The translations under genes were made by a program, and so were the position numbers. From Eledone cirrhosa (Eukaryota), in NCBI GenBank assembly GCA_964016885.1, contig OZ024750.1:50096001-50160000 (forward strand): a DNA stretch of 64,000 bases, read 5' to 3'. This document shows positions 1 to 11,023 of this stretch, piece after piece. The notes beneath the pieces are model-generated. The model made no database searches. It saw only the letters and a program-made list of their open reading frames with translations, and was not told where the DNA came from. Positions within the stretch are counted from its first letter, which is position 1. Every line of letters begins with the position of its first letter.

Positions 1-259
1 CAACAGATAAATGTATTCAACAACAAAAGAAAATAGCGATAAATCTTTTTTAAAACATCTATCAACGAACGTGGAAGAAAGAAGTATCAGTTCCTTTACT
101 ATACACAATAATATCCTCTATGAAGTCACTAAACCTGCTAGAAACACCAGCTAAATCTTCCCCATATCACAACACGCCCTACTGTCTTAAATTTAGAAAA
201 CACACATTAGACAACCATGCAGAACAACTCCATCGCAGCTCTGTTGTTCGGCTGGCATC

Positions 260-499
260 TTCTGCGCGCGTGTTGCGCAAGTACTGTGAAACAATAAATT
301 TCAACACTTCTTTGCACAGAGATAATATCCATAGGCGAAACTACAATTGTCACTGCTGGCGCAGCGCCTAATTCGGCAGTCCAGGTCTGCAATTCATTTA
401 CCCTGTGCCTGGCAGACAAGAAAGTGGTGCCATAAAATGGGTGGTACTACCTAACTTTGGTAACTTACTGACCCCGAGCAACGCCGGGTTTTAATGCTA

Positions 500-500
<1 letters not shown>
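260..500 (+). mobile_element. Non-autonomous Helitron, 3' end (5' boundary uncertain)
   Basis: Subterminal hairpin cccgagcaacgccggg followed 7 nt later by CTAG|T at 497-500. The same terminus occurs at 25999 (minus). Confidence 0.65.
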
Positions 501-540
<40 letters not shown>

Positions 541-545
<5 letters not shown>

Positions 546-809
546 AAAAAAGAGATGAAATCGAAAATGCAACTGGAGTCTTATTTTTTTTTTTAAATAT
601 ATATATTTATTTGGTTCCTTTACCGGTTTCGCAGTTCTTCTGCTTTTCAAAAAATGAGTTGAGATTGTGGGTCTGTGGTTGTTCTCACATGTGAGAAAAA
701 CCACAGACCATCCATCTCAACTCACCTTTTAAGGAACCAAAGAAATATATATATTTAAAAAAAAATAAGACTCCAGTCGCATTTTCGATTTTATCGCTTT
801 TCTTTTATA
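541..809. repeat. Imperfect palindrome, Penelope pseudo-LTR-like, with a degenerate HHR on the minus strand (616-656)
   Basis: Arms centred on tcacatgtga (~690). Minus strand reads catttt-TTGAAAA-gcag aagaa ctgc-GAAAC-cg-GTA-aagga. Confidence 0.6.
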
Positions 810-884
810 CTTTCACTCGTGTAGGACACCTCGGTTATTTTTCATTTTGTAAAAAAAACCTCACTTTCTAATATATATATATAT

Positions 885-1046
885 AAGTAGTTCCACAGCA
901 GTTAATTCACGATTTACAAGAACAGTTGTTTCACTTTAGTTGGATCATCAGTTCGGTTAAAAACGATTTTCAAACCGAGCCAATGATCCAACTAATGTGA
1001 AACAATTGCTCTTGGAAATAGTGAACTAACTGTTGTGTTACTACTT
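885..1046. repeat. Diverged inverted repeat carrying degenerate HHRs in both arms
   Basis: 885-958 is the approximate reverse complement of 973-1046. Minus arm reads ccgaa-CTGATGA-tccaactaaagt-GAAAC-aact-GTT-cttg. The plus arm has core ccaatga. Confidence 0.5.
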
Positions 1047-1089
1047 CTACCAAACTCGTCCCATGGGTTCTACTATTATATATATATTA

Positions 1090-1404
1090 CAGTGATTCTC
1101 AACCAGTGTGCCGCGAGATCTTCCTAAATGTTCCACGAAATTTTGAAAAGACAGGCAAACATTTCTAACTAAAGAAACACTGCAAAACACTGCAAGAAAG
1201 TAAGCTCATAGCTGTGTTTTTCTTTATTTAGTTTGAGTCATTTTATGTATCTATGACTTCTTTGTGTCTACGGTTCTATGCCTTCTATGACTTGTCATGT
1301 TTTATTTTGTAAAATTCAAATATTCTTCATATATATTTATCCAGGTGTGCCGCTATTTATCATATGTTCCAAGGTATGCCATTGCCAAAAAGGGTTGAGA
1401 ACCA

Positions 1405-1407
<3 letters not shown>
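1090..1407. mobile_element. hAT (Charlie-type) MITE
   Basis: TIRs CAGTGATTCTCAACC / GGTTGAGAACCACTG, subterminal gtgtgccgc motifs, inserted in (TA)n. Confidence 0.75.
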
Positions 1408-1454
<47 letters not shown>

Positions 1455-1459
<5 letters not shown>

Positions 1460-2030
1460 GGAAAAAATGAAACGAAATTTAATTTCCCACTCTCAGTACG
1501 GCTGTTACTTACATATAAGTATGTACACGTACATACATATATGTATACAGACGTACAGTAGTATGTATATATATATACATACATGCACACATATATATAT
1601 GTACGTATGGATTCACCGAGCATTTATTATAATGCTCGGTGTGTTTGTAAACAAACATCAACGCATACCTTCCTGCGTATACCTTCCTTAGAGTGGGAAA
1701 TGAAATTTCGTTTCATTTTTTCCGTTTATCCTTTTCGGTGCACCCGGCCGATTAACCCACTCGATATGCAAATTGGGCTACTCAGCCGTTAATAAGCTTA
1801 AGGTAAGTATATACTTTTAGACGTTCAACAATCTGGCAGGAAGGTATACGTTGCTGACGTTAGCTAATAAGCTTGAATCTAGTACAGCGTTCCTTTGTCA
1901 GTGTTGAACAAACGAGCAACGATGGTTGCTAGACACTACGGCTTAATACGGGATGTTTGTTTACAAACACACCGAGCATTTTAATAAATGTTTCGTGAAT
2001 CCATACGTACATATATATGTGTGCATGTAT
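1455..2030 (+). mobile_element. HHR repeat family B (~425-bp unit) with inverted 5' segment
   Basis: Homologous to 56650-57975 and 63340-64000. 1455-1660 is inverted relative to the rest. Degenerate HHR at 1848-1890 (CTGACGT, GAAT). Confidence 0.75.
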
Positions 2031-2101
2031 ATATATATATATATATATATGAGAGACGTAAAATAAGAAAATTATAAAATTAACTTACTTACTAAAATTT
2101 C

Positions 2102-2183
2102 ACTCCCAACTAATTAGTTTCTGAAATGGAATAAATATACTTTCCGAAGAAAATATAGAGAAGCATTTCGTCGTCAGGGAAGT
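2102..2183 (-). ncRNA. Type I hammerhead ribozyme, family A
   Basis: acttcc-CTGACGA-c gaaatg...catttc a-GAAAC-taatta-GTT-gggagt on the minus strand. Confidence 0.75.
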
Positions 2184-2393
2184 CTATTCTCAGCTAAGTA
2201 TCCAGGCAAAGCGTGGACTCTGGAAACTTATACAAAAATAATTCAGTGGATAGAAAATAGCAAAGCGTGGATGGATTCCTAGCCATTGAGAAAATCACTG
2301 CCTACTGCGTCGGTGACTATTTTCTATCCACTGAATTATTTTTGTATAAGTTTCCAGAGTCCACGCTTTGCCTGGATACTTAGCTGAGAATAG

Positions 2394-2475
2394 ACTTCCC
2401 TGACGACGAAATGCTTCTCTATATTTTCTTCGGAAAGTATATTTATTCCATTTCAGAAACTAATTAGTTGGGAGT
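2394..2475 (+). ncRNA. Type I hammerhead ribozyme, family A
   Basis: Stem I acttcc/gggagt, core CTGACGA 2400-2406, stem II gaaatg/catttc, GAAA 2456-2459, palindromic stem III aactaattagtt, GUU site at 2467-2469. Confidence 0.75.
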
Positions 2476-2920
2476 GAAATTTTAGTAAGTAAGTTAATGT
2501 TCTAATTTTCTTATTTTACGTCTCTCATATTATTGTTCTGCAACCCCATGCATTGAACCACAAAGTTACTAAGACAAAACCTATATATTTGCTAGCATTG
2601 ATATGCATCTGTATGTATATATATGTTACTAGATATTAATTCTTTATAATTATCTCCAAATTATTTGTCGAGCAATATTGGCCAAGACTGCTGCTATGGT
2701 AGCAGGCAGGCCGCTGTCTTCTTAACAAACCACTTTCCACTGATTGACCTCGATGTCACGTGATTGATTCTTTTTGAATTTGCCACCGACGCAGTAGGCA
2801 GTGATTTTCGCAATGAATGGCTAGGAATTCAGTCCACGCTTTGCTATTTTCTATCCACTGAATTATTTTTGTATAAGTTTCCAGAGTCCACGCTTTGCCT
2901 GGATACTTAGCTGAGAATAG

Positions 2921-3002
2921 ACTTCCCGGACGACGAAATGCTTCTCTATATTTTCTTCGGAAAGTATATTTATTCCATTTCAGAAACTAATTAATTGGGA
3001 GT
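2921..3002 (+). ncRNA. Mutated hammerhead ribozyme, family A
   Basis: Same fold, but the core is CGGACGA and the triplet is ATT, so it is likely inactive. Confidence 0.55.
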
Positions 3003-3236
3003 GAAATTTTAGTAAGTTAATTTTATAATTTTCTTATTTTACGTCTCTCATATTATTGTTCTGCAACCCCATGCATTGAACCACAAAGTTACTAAGACAA
3101 AACCTATATATTTGCTAGCATTGATATGCATCTGTATGTATATATATGTTACTAGATATTAATTCTTTATAATATATATATATATATATACATACTAATG
3201 TACGTCTGTATACATATATGTATGTACATGTACATA

Positions 3237-3308
<72 letters not shown>

Positions 3309-5699
3309 GTTATCTTGCTCCCTTACTGTTCTTCGGTGAATAGAGTACGAACAATGATATACGAAGTGTAAGGAAAATGTAATCTAGCGAGAAAATGTTC
3401 GAAGGCTGCAGGTATAAAGTCATATATGTATACCTAATATATCAATATATATTTAAATCTGTAATGAGTGATAAAAAATTACTACATGCAATTCAAAGAA
3501 AAAATAAATATTGAATGTACAACGAAAATTATAAACAATAAATAAAACCCGATATTGGCTCTCAAGAATTTAATTTGATTTCGACACAATATAATGACGG
3601 TATTCTGTAAGATTTTTTTTAGGTAATAAGGGAGATTTTCCTGTATTCTTTAGCTGCAAGAAATAGTAGTGAAATATCTGTAAAATTCGGAAGGGCATAT
3701 TTAACGATATAATCTTAAATTATTTTTAAAAAAGTTACAAATAGGCCAATTTTCAACATAACCGCAAGAAACACTATATACAATAAAATACCAGCCTGGC
3801 TAAGTAGGAGGTTTCTGGATAACCATACAATCTGCTAGAAATTACAGGTAAATTACAGGTAAATTAACGTAATAAACAAGTGCTATTCACAAAAGATATT
3901 TGATCAGGGGTGACGCTCGAACCAACAGCCAAGAAAACCATCTTTTTCTTGTGATTATAATACAGAAATTATCCAGATCATACAATGTCCTAATGTAGTA
4001 AACTTAGGTCGAAGTGATTTGGAAAGTGTTCATATTCTGAGATACAGCATTAGAGATTATTCAGACACAACTCATGGTAGTTTTCCCATGTAATGGTTAT
4101 TTATATTCAATTCTAATGTTATATAGATGAAAGAGTTGAGAGCTCACCGACTGTACAGATACAGTGTAGTAAGAAGCTAGACATATCTCCCCTGTTCATT
4201 ACCCAAACTTATTCTAAACTTACTCCTGGATTGCAGCTCTGTCGAAGAGACAGACGTCCATACCATCCAATATCCGCTATCTACATGTTTTTGTAGAGGT
4301 TCGACTCCGATTTTTTCCAGTAATGGTGTGTATCTATAGCCAAGGTATCCACAGCATGCCTTGAAATCCATTTTGACATCAGATGGACACCCAGATAATC
4401 GGGACCTGTCCACTCACATAGAAGCTAAAGCGCATATGCTGCAATATGGTCAGTTATTTTCTGGAATTGCTTAGGACAATCAGACTGCAGTATCCCACCA
4501 ATTTCCATGTAAACGTTTTTCCCCTCTACCCAACCTTTTCAGCTACATTTCCATTCAACCCATTTCTGAGAAATATTTATCATCCCACCCCTGTGTTAGA
4601 CTTATACTCAGCAGGACTGAAAATGATTCCGTAAAATATATCGTATGTATATGTAAAACAAGAAGATAAATAAACAATTTCAGAACGCTAACATAAATAT
4701 GGCTATATAATGATTAAAACATGCGTTCTGGTGCAGCTTCGTGCAGCTACCGACGTTGAGCCACTTTGCACTTCGTTAGTACTTAACTTAGGGTCGCTAT
4801 GCAAACGTCCATGTTGTAATCGTTCTAATTTACCAAATTCCGTCCAACAAAATACAACCGAAACGCTATCAAAGAAAATAACCAATACATGTGACTATAA
4901 CATCTTATAATAGAATAGTTGATAATGAGAATACTGAATATGAAAACAGTCTCAGGAAGAAATATTTAAAGAATTAAAATCGATTAAATATCGTACTACG
5001 TTCACACAAACAATATATACGAAAGGTAAAATGTACGGATAACATAGCAAAATAAATAAAAAGCCATCGTGGACTGAATGAAAATAAATTTGAACATCAA
5101 TATTACTAACATAAACCCAATAATATATGTAACAGTACGTCCCCAGGGTTCGAATAGGGAAACGAAAACACCCTGAGATTTACTCATGAGAAAACAAACC
5201 AGCAGAAAATCAAAACAAACAAAGGAATATAATAATACTGAACAATAAAGAGAGGATTATATATAACATAACCATTAATTACATAAATGAGGGAATGGCA
5301 GACATGATAAGCAGAGTCAAATATAAATATAATAAAACACAGAAAGCATGGAAATCACGTCAGAAATAAAAATAAAGCTAAACACAGGAATAAAATCATT
5401 GGGAGTGTAAACAGCTAAGGCAAACCCAACACGTGCTAATTAAATAAAGCAAGATAAAAAAGAAATGTATCAAACCAGAGAACACCGACAGATTACTTAT
5501 CACTAAATAAGGGGAGGAGGAGGATGAGGAGAAGGGAATGGACCTCAGTCGGTTTCAACGATGGGAGTTCCAGTTGTTCGATCAGCGGAACAACAAGCTG
5601 CTCAGAAAAGTAACGTGTCACTGATGATCCCGTTCCACAGTCTGGTCTGCCCTCAAAGGAATTCTCAAGATGATTCAGCATGACACTGTGTGTGTTTGT

Positions 5700-5875
5700 G
5701 ACAAGAATGACACTTTGAATTACAAATACAGTCTATCCGATGGAATTCCAAACAGCTTCTCCCTACATAATACTACTCACAATATATGTGGCACGTTTCC
5801 AAGATGCCATACAATGTAATCGAACCCGGTATAGAATGATTGTAAAGCGAAACCTCTTATTGATTCGGCCATTCT
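5700..5875 (-). mobile_element. Old tRNA-derived SINE remnant
   Basis: Degenerate A/B boxes (ggccgaatc...gggttcgatt) on the minus strand. Resembles 34620-34785. Confidence 0.35.
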
Positions 5876-6765
5876 ACTCATTGAACTAAAACAACACCCA
5901 TAGTAACAAATGAATAAATATATATTTAGGGTTAAAGCATTCTAAATATGGGAAGCATAAATAACAGAAATAATCTTAAAATGAATATTGGAATTTTCAG
6001 TGGATCAACGAAAGTATTTACAGCAGATAAAACGTAACAACTTTCAATAATATTCAAAACCATCAGGATGAAGCAATTATCATATGCAGCAGTCACAGTA
6101 CATACAAAACAAAACAGGCGCTCCCTATGATATACTCATAGGAATTTCAAAACACAAAGAACGTGGTAAACAAACACATGTTTTAAAATAGAACAGGAAA
6201 AAAATAGAAAATGGAAGGAAATATACCTCAATCCTAAGTGGAATCAATAATGGAAAAACACAAGGAGTAGAATCAAATTCTACATAAATATATCAAAAAC
6301 ACAACAAATATTATAAGAAAAAACACAATTAAACAAGAACTACCTGAAATCGAAGAAAACCTGATACGGGAGATTATCATTAAATCAAAAAACATCTGGC
6401 GATACGAGAAATCGGCAACGATTCTTTGAACAAAACAAAACAACTCGACTCCAACCCAAAAGATATTTATCAAGAAGTAAGTTAAAACGAACAATAAAAT
6501 AAAACGGAAATCAATGCAGCTTGAATAGGAAGAAAGGTGGAAGAATTATGAGACAAAGTATTGACAGCAAAGGAATCAACACATACGAAGATTTTTTCGA
6601 AATAACAAACGCAGTGCCTGAAAAATCATAATAAACCATATCAATACTAGACGTACTCCAGTCGCTAGGAGAAGAAAATGGGATAACTGTACAGCTTCAC
6701 GAAATATACAAATAGAGGACGAAAAAAAGGGAGAAAGAAAGAAAGATAGGTAGATAGATAGATAG

Positions 6766-8967
6766 ATTTCTTTATTCGCCACAAGGGCGCACAATAAAAG
6801 GGGACAATACAAAGACACATGCCGGGGATTTTACATACAGTCGTGTAAAAATATTATTAAAACAAACAAATTTAACAATCGAAATGCCCAATAGGGAGGA
6901 AGCGTTACAAATAGGTTGTTTAAAACACCATCAATAGAAAAACCTTCAACACCAGGAGCGTGTTGTGCAAGTGCACCTTTCTTCCTTTTACTCTCTTCTT
7001 CAACCGACAGGTTTATATACAGAGATGGCCCAAACATTTGGGCCATTTTTGCTACATTCACACACCTTTCAGTAAATTTACTGGGGTGCAGTGCCTCTAT
7101 CTCCACTCTGATTATCCTTCTAAAGTGGTACCTGAAGAAGGGAATGAGTTGTTGTCCGGAGAGAAAGGCATCTGTCCTCAGTCATCTCAATCTCGTCCAC
7201 CATATAGCCTCTTTTACCATAGCCACTATACAGATTAAAACCGCTTCTCTTTCGTTTTTGAAAGAAGTTGGTGGTTTGATCCTTACTATGGACTCGGTAG
7301 TCAACTGGATTTGTCCCATACGCGACAGCTGTTGCTCTGCATAGTTCCACAGGTCGGTTACGCCAGGGCAGTGTACAATTGCGTGCAGGACGGTTTCAAT
7401 GTCGCATCTTAGCACGTCCTCTTGGGAGGATCTCTGCGGTGGCGTCCGTGCCTGTAGGTCTTGTCTATTAGAGCTCCTCGGTAGCACTGCCAGGCCATGT
7501 ACCTTTGGAAGATGTCCATAGGTCCCGGTCGGAAAGTTCTACCAAACAGACTGATCAGCTCGTCGTCTAACCTTCTATAGAATGTCGAAGTGGAGTCTCC
7601 ACTGATTGCTGTGCCCGCTTGACAGAGGACTGTGAGCGCCTGACCGCATTCAATGTGCCAGGTGCCCATCTTCTTCGGTCTCCGCTTGACGCAGGACTGC
7701 AGCTCCGTCAGCGAGACAAGGCCTGTCTCACAAACGGTGCCCAACACCGGTTGTTCGGTGCGGAATACCTGGTGGTACCGTAGCCTCAGCGCGTGTTTGC
7801 GTATCATCAGCCACAGCATTCCCATCCCTCTGTTGGATGGGTGCTGGCAGCAGACGAAATTCCTCACCACTGGAGCCTGCTTCTTCCAAAGCAACTGGAA
7901 GAGCATGCGTTCCATCTTGGTGGGGTGGTCACGGGGACAAGTCACGGTAGTAGATGACGGACGCTATTAAAGTGTTCGCCACCTCCGCTCGACCTTTCAA
8001 GGATAGTTTTCACTCTGCCCACTTCTGGGTGAGCGTAAATACCTTGGCCGTTACCTCGTTCGAGTTTTTCTCCCCCTGGAGGTCCGGACCGAACCAGACC
8101 CCGATCAATTTCACCGGTCCTTCCGTCCAGCGTCCGACGACGCTGTCGGACGGCATCGGATTGCCTCTCCACATTCCTAGTTGCAAACCCACAGACTTGT
8201 CTGGGTTCAGTTTTTCTCCTGTGAGACTTTCGTATTCCTGCAGTAAGTTGCCGATCGCGCCGATTTCCGAGGTTTCCAATACCATTACTGTCACGTCGTG
8301 GGCATAAGCTGACGCCGATTTTCGCAGTTCCGGTTCCAACGGAATGCCCTGCAGAAGCTCCAACTTCCGCAGTAGTGTCTCTAGTGGCAGTAGGTAGAGA
8401 ATGGAAGAGAGAGGGCATCTCTGTCGGACGGAACGCGTGATTGCGAACGGCTCCGGCAGGTAGCCGTTCACATTGACCGTCGAGCAGATGATGGTGTGCA
8501 TTCCTTTGATCCAGCCTCTGTAGACGGGTCCGAAACCGGCCGCCTAGAGAACCGCTTCTAAGTATCGATGGTCGACCCTATCGAACGTCTTAGACTGATC
8601 TAAATCGATAAACTCCCGAAGAGTTTTCCCTTCTGTATGAAGGTAATGTCCTTTTTGGAGTTTCTTAGAACCAACTCAATTTCGTTTTGAGTTAAAATTG
8701 AGCTGGTTTTCTAGTGGTGTTTGAGATTCTCCTGAAAACTATAGTTTTCAGGACAGTTTCTCTACGCAATTCTTGGGGAGAACTGATGCTAAAAGCGCCA
8801 TAATCCACAAAAGTTATGTATTGCTTGGCATCTCGTAGCAATTCTCCGGCATTAGAGATGTCAATCTGTGTATATAGTTCCGAGATTTGTACAGTTTTTG
8901 CGAACGAAACCTTTTTTCTTTGTTTGTGGAATTATTCTTGTTGGTGTTGTTGTCATTATTGTTGCTG
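6766..8967 (-). mobile_element. L1/Tx1-clade LINE with large internal deletion, flanked by (GATA)n
   Basis: RT and C-terminal pieces (DLDQSKTFDRVDH, SVRQRCPLSSILY, AYAHDV, WQCYRGAL) homologous to 44096-49834. ORF1-like piece at 8612-8967 (ITFIQKGKLFGS). AATAAA then (ATCT)n tail at 6745-6767, and (GATA)n at 8968-8986. Confidence 0.85.
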
Positions 8968-10878
8968 GATAGATAGATAGATAGATCGAAGCTAATTGAC
9001 AAACTGTTCCGACGTGGTGGCAGATAGGTTCGACGAGGGTTAAATAAGACCCGCTATATATCGCGACGACCTTTCTACAACACAATTATGATCTCAGGGC
9101 CAATGAACGGCGTTATATTTAACACCATATATCAAGAGCGACCTGTAGAACACAATCCAAAAACTGAGAATGTACACATGTTCTAAGAAATCTGATATGT
9201 TTACGATTATATCAAGTATAATATTGGTTCCATTCGGTATTCTTGAACGTAGAAAATTCCAGGTTCACTGAATGTTTTTTTTCTGTTTGTTTTATTCGAG
9301 TTGGAAGGGGGAATGTTCTTGGGCAGGGATAAGAGAACATCAGCCATGGCGATTTCAAATGTATTTCAAAATAGAGGGAGGAATTTCTAAAGTTGCCCTG
9401 AGACCAAGTGATCTCCACAAAAATACTTCTTGATACTGTTACGGCAGGGTATGCCAATAAGCAATCAAGTATAGAAAGGCCAGCTCCACGGCCTTCACAG
9501 AGTTTCACTTTGCCAAATACTGTCACAACATTTTGGTCGAACCGTGGTTATAGTAGAATATGCTTGTCCTACAATATTCCCATGCAAACAACTATTATTA
9601 GCCGAATATTATTTAAACGTTATAATCTACGAGAACAAAAGTAAGATCTGTAGCTTCATTTGTTGCACTAAATGACAGAAATTTTGTCAGGACGGCCACA
9701 CTTCAGAGAAATAGTCTAATATTTTATTTTTAAAACATAAACACACCGTATTCAGAAACTAAATACTGAAGGGATGTTTTTAATTGTTAACTATCTAGAG
9801 TAAAATTGGGAGCATTGTTCCTCTGGATATTATTTCACGATAATGGGATAGTAACAATGGATTTATTGTGAAGACGTGATCAGAAATATCGAGTCAAGTA
9901 GCAGAAACCATTAATGGAGATAAAGGAAATTACGAATGAAGAATATAAAAAGGGAACTTAATGATTTTCTGTTTGATATCCAGATTAAAAACGACTCCAT
10001 GGAAACTGAAAGTGAAACTGATGGAGACTCAATGGTAAAATTCGATATATGTGGAAAGGAACAAAATGTTATGCGTTAGAATATCTTTGATTATTCAATG
10101 AGAGAGATGAAACTTGTGCAATGTCAAAGAAAGAAGGCTAATTAAATAAAACGGAATAGTTGAAGGTGAAATCAGATACATACGAGTATATTTTCTTAAC
10201 GTGATACAAGGATCGTATTTACTGAAATAACTTCCAGCATTTTACAAGTCATTCATAGGCTTCTATCCATTGTGGCTACTATTACAAAAGCCAACAGAAT
10301 CGATTTCAATATCAATTATATGAAATATGATTTCTATATGCACACAAAACTCTTTACATCGCAAATTTATACTGGGACAGATTACGATTCTCTATTTATT
10401 TTATTTACCTCAACGGAATCTTGAAAAAATTATTTCTGTTATCAGAACACTATCGCTAAGAGGGGTAGAACCAGTATATTTGCTAATAACCGAGTCAACA
10501 ATTCATGTTCTACTGCAATTATCACATGTTTACATAGAACTAAATGTAATTATTAGACTCGTAGATTAAACTCGAAGATTTAATGAACTATATCTTCCAT
10601 GATATAATATTCGGAGTTACGTATTTATTTGAAGTGGAAACATATTTCATGTTGATTATTATAACACTAACTTATTTGACGCTTTTTACACCAAAATATT
10701 ACAATGGCACCGAAATAGATAACATTAACAACTGCACATAACCGTGAGAATATTTGGTAGAATGGAACTTGTCCTGAATCTGCTAACACTGTTCCTGGTT
10801 TTCACGATATCCATATATGTAATTCTAATAAAACTAATATCTATAAATATACCTTTGTTTGACATTCATATTACTTCC

Positions 10879-11023
10879 TTTTCTTCACTCACTGATCCCT
10901 GGGAGGGTCGTGGTAGCAGAATCCTCAAGCATGCCTTCCAGTAACTCCTGTCAGAAGCAACCGTCTCCTGGTCTAGCTGGATACGCAAGCGAGAGCAGCG
11001 GTGCTCATGGGCATCATCCAACC
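10879..11023 (-). mobile_element. RTE-clade LINE 3' fragment
   Basis: Matches the 3' end of 19989-20292 (tggttggat...ccctcccagg). Approximate TSD catat(t)tacttc. Confidence 0.55.

Larger units (their letters stand above)
2047..3175. mobile_element. HHR repeat family A: inverted partial copy plus ~1.6 tandem copies of a ~527-bp unit
   Basis: 2047-2260 is the reverse complement of 2316-2530. Direct repeat offset is 527 bp (2394 vs 2921). Flanked by (TA)n. Confidence 0.85.

Noticed and set aside
4170-4640. Possible ancient LINE or exon (similar cases at 5930-6700 and 11300-12400)
   Set aside because: Only faint motif similarity, with many stops. It cannot be supported without a profile search.
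5615-5687. gtgtca-CTGATGA...tgacac
   Set aside because: A stem I is possible, but there is no correctly placed GAAA, stem III or NUH.
8729-8757. 24-bp palindrome tcctgaaaactatagttttcagga
   Set aside because: A single occurrence inside a Tx1 ORF1 remnant, with no sign of function.
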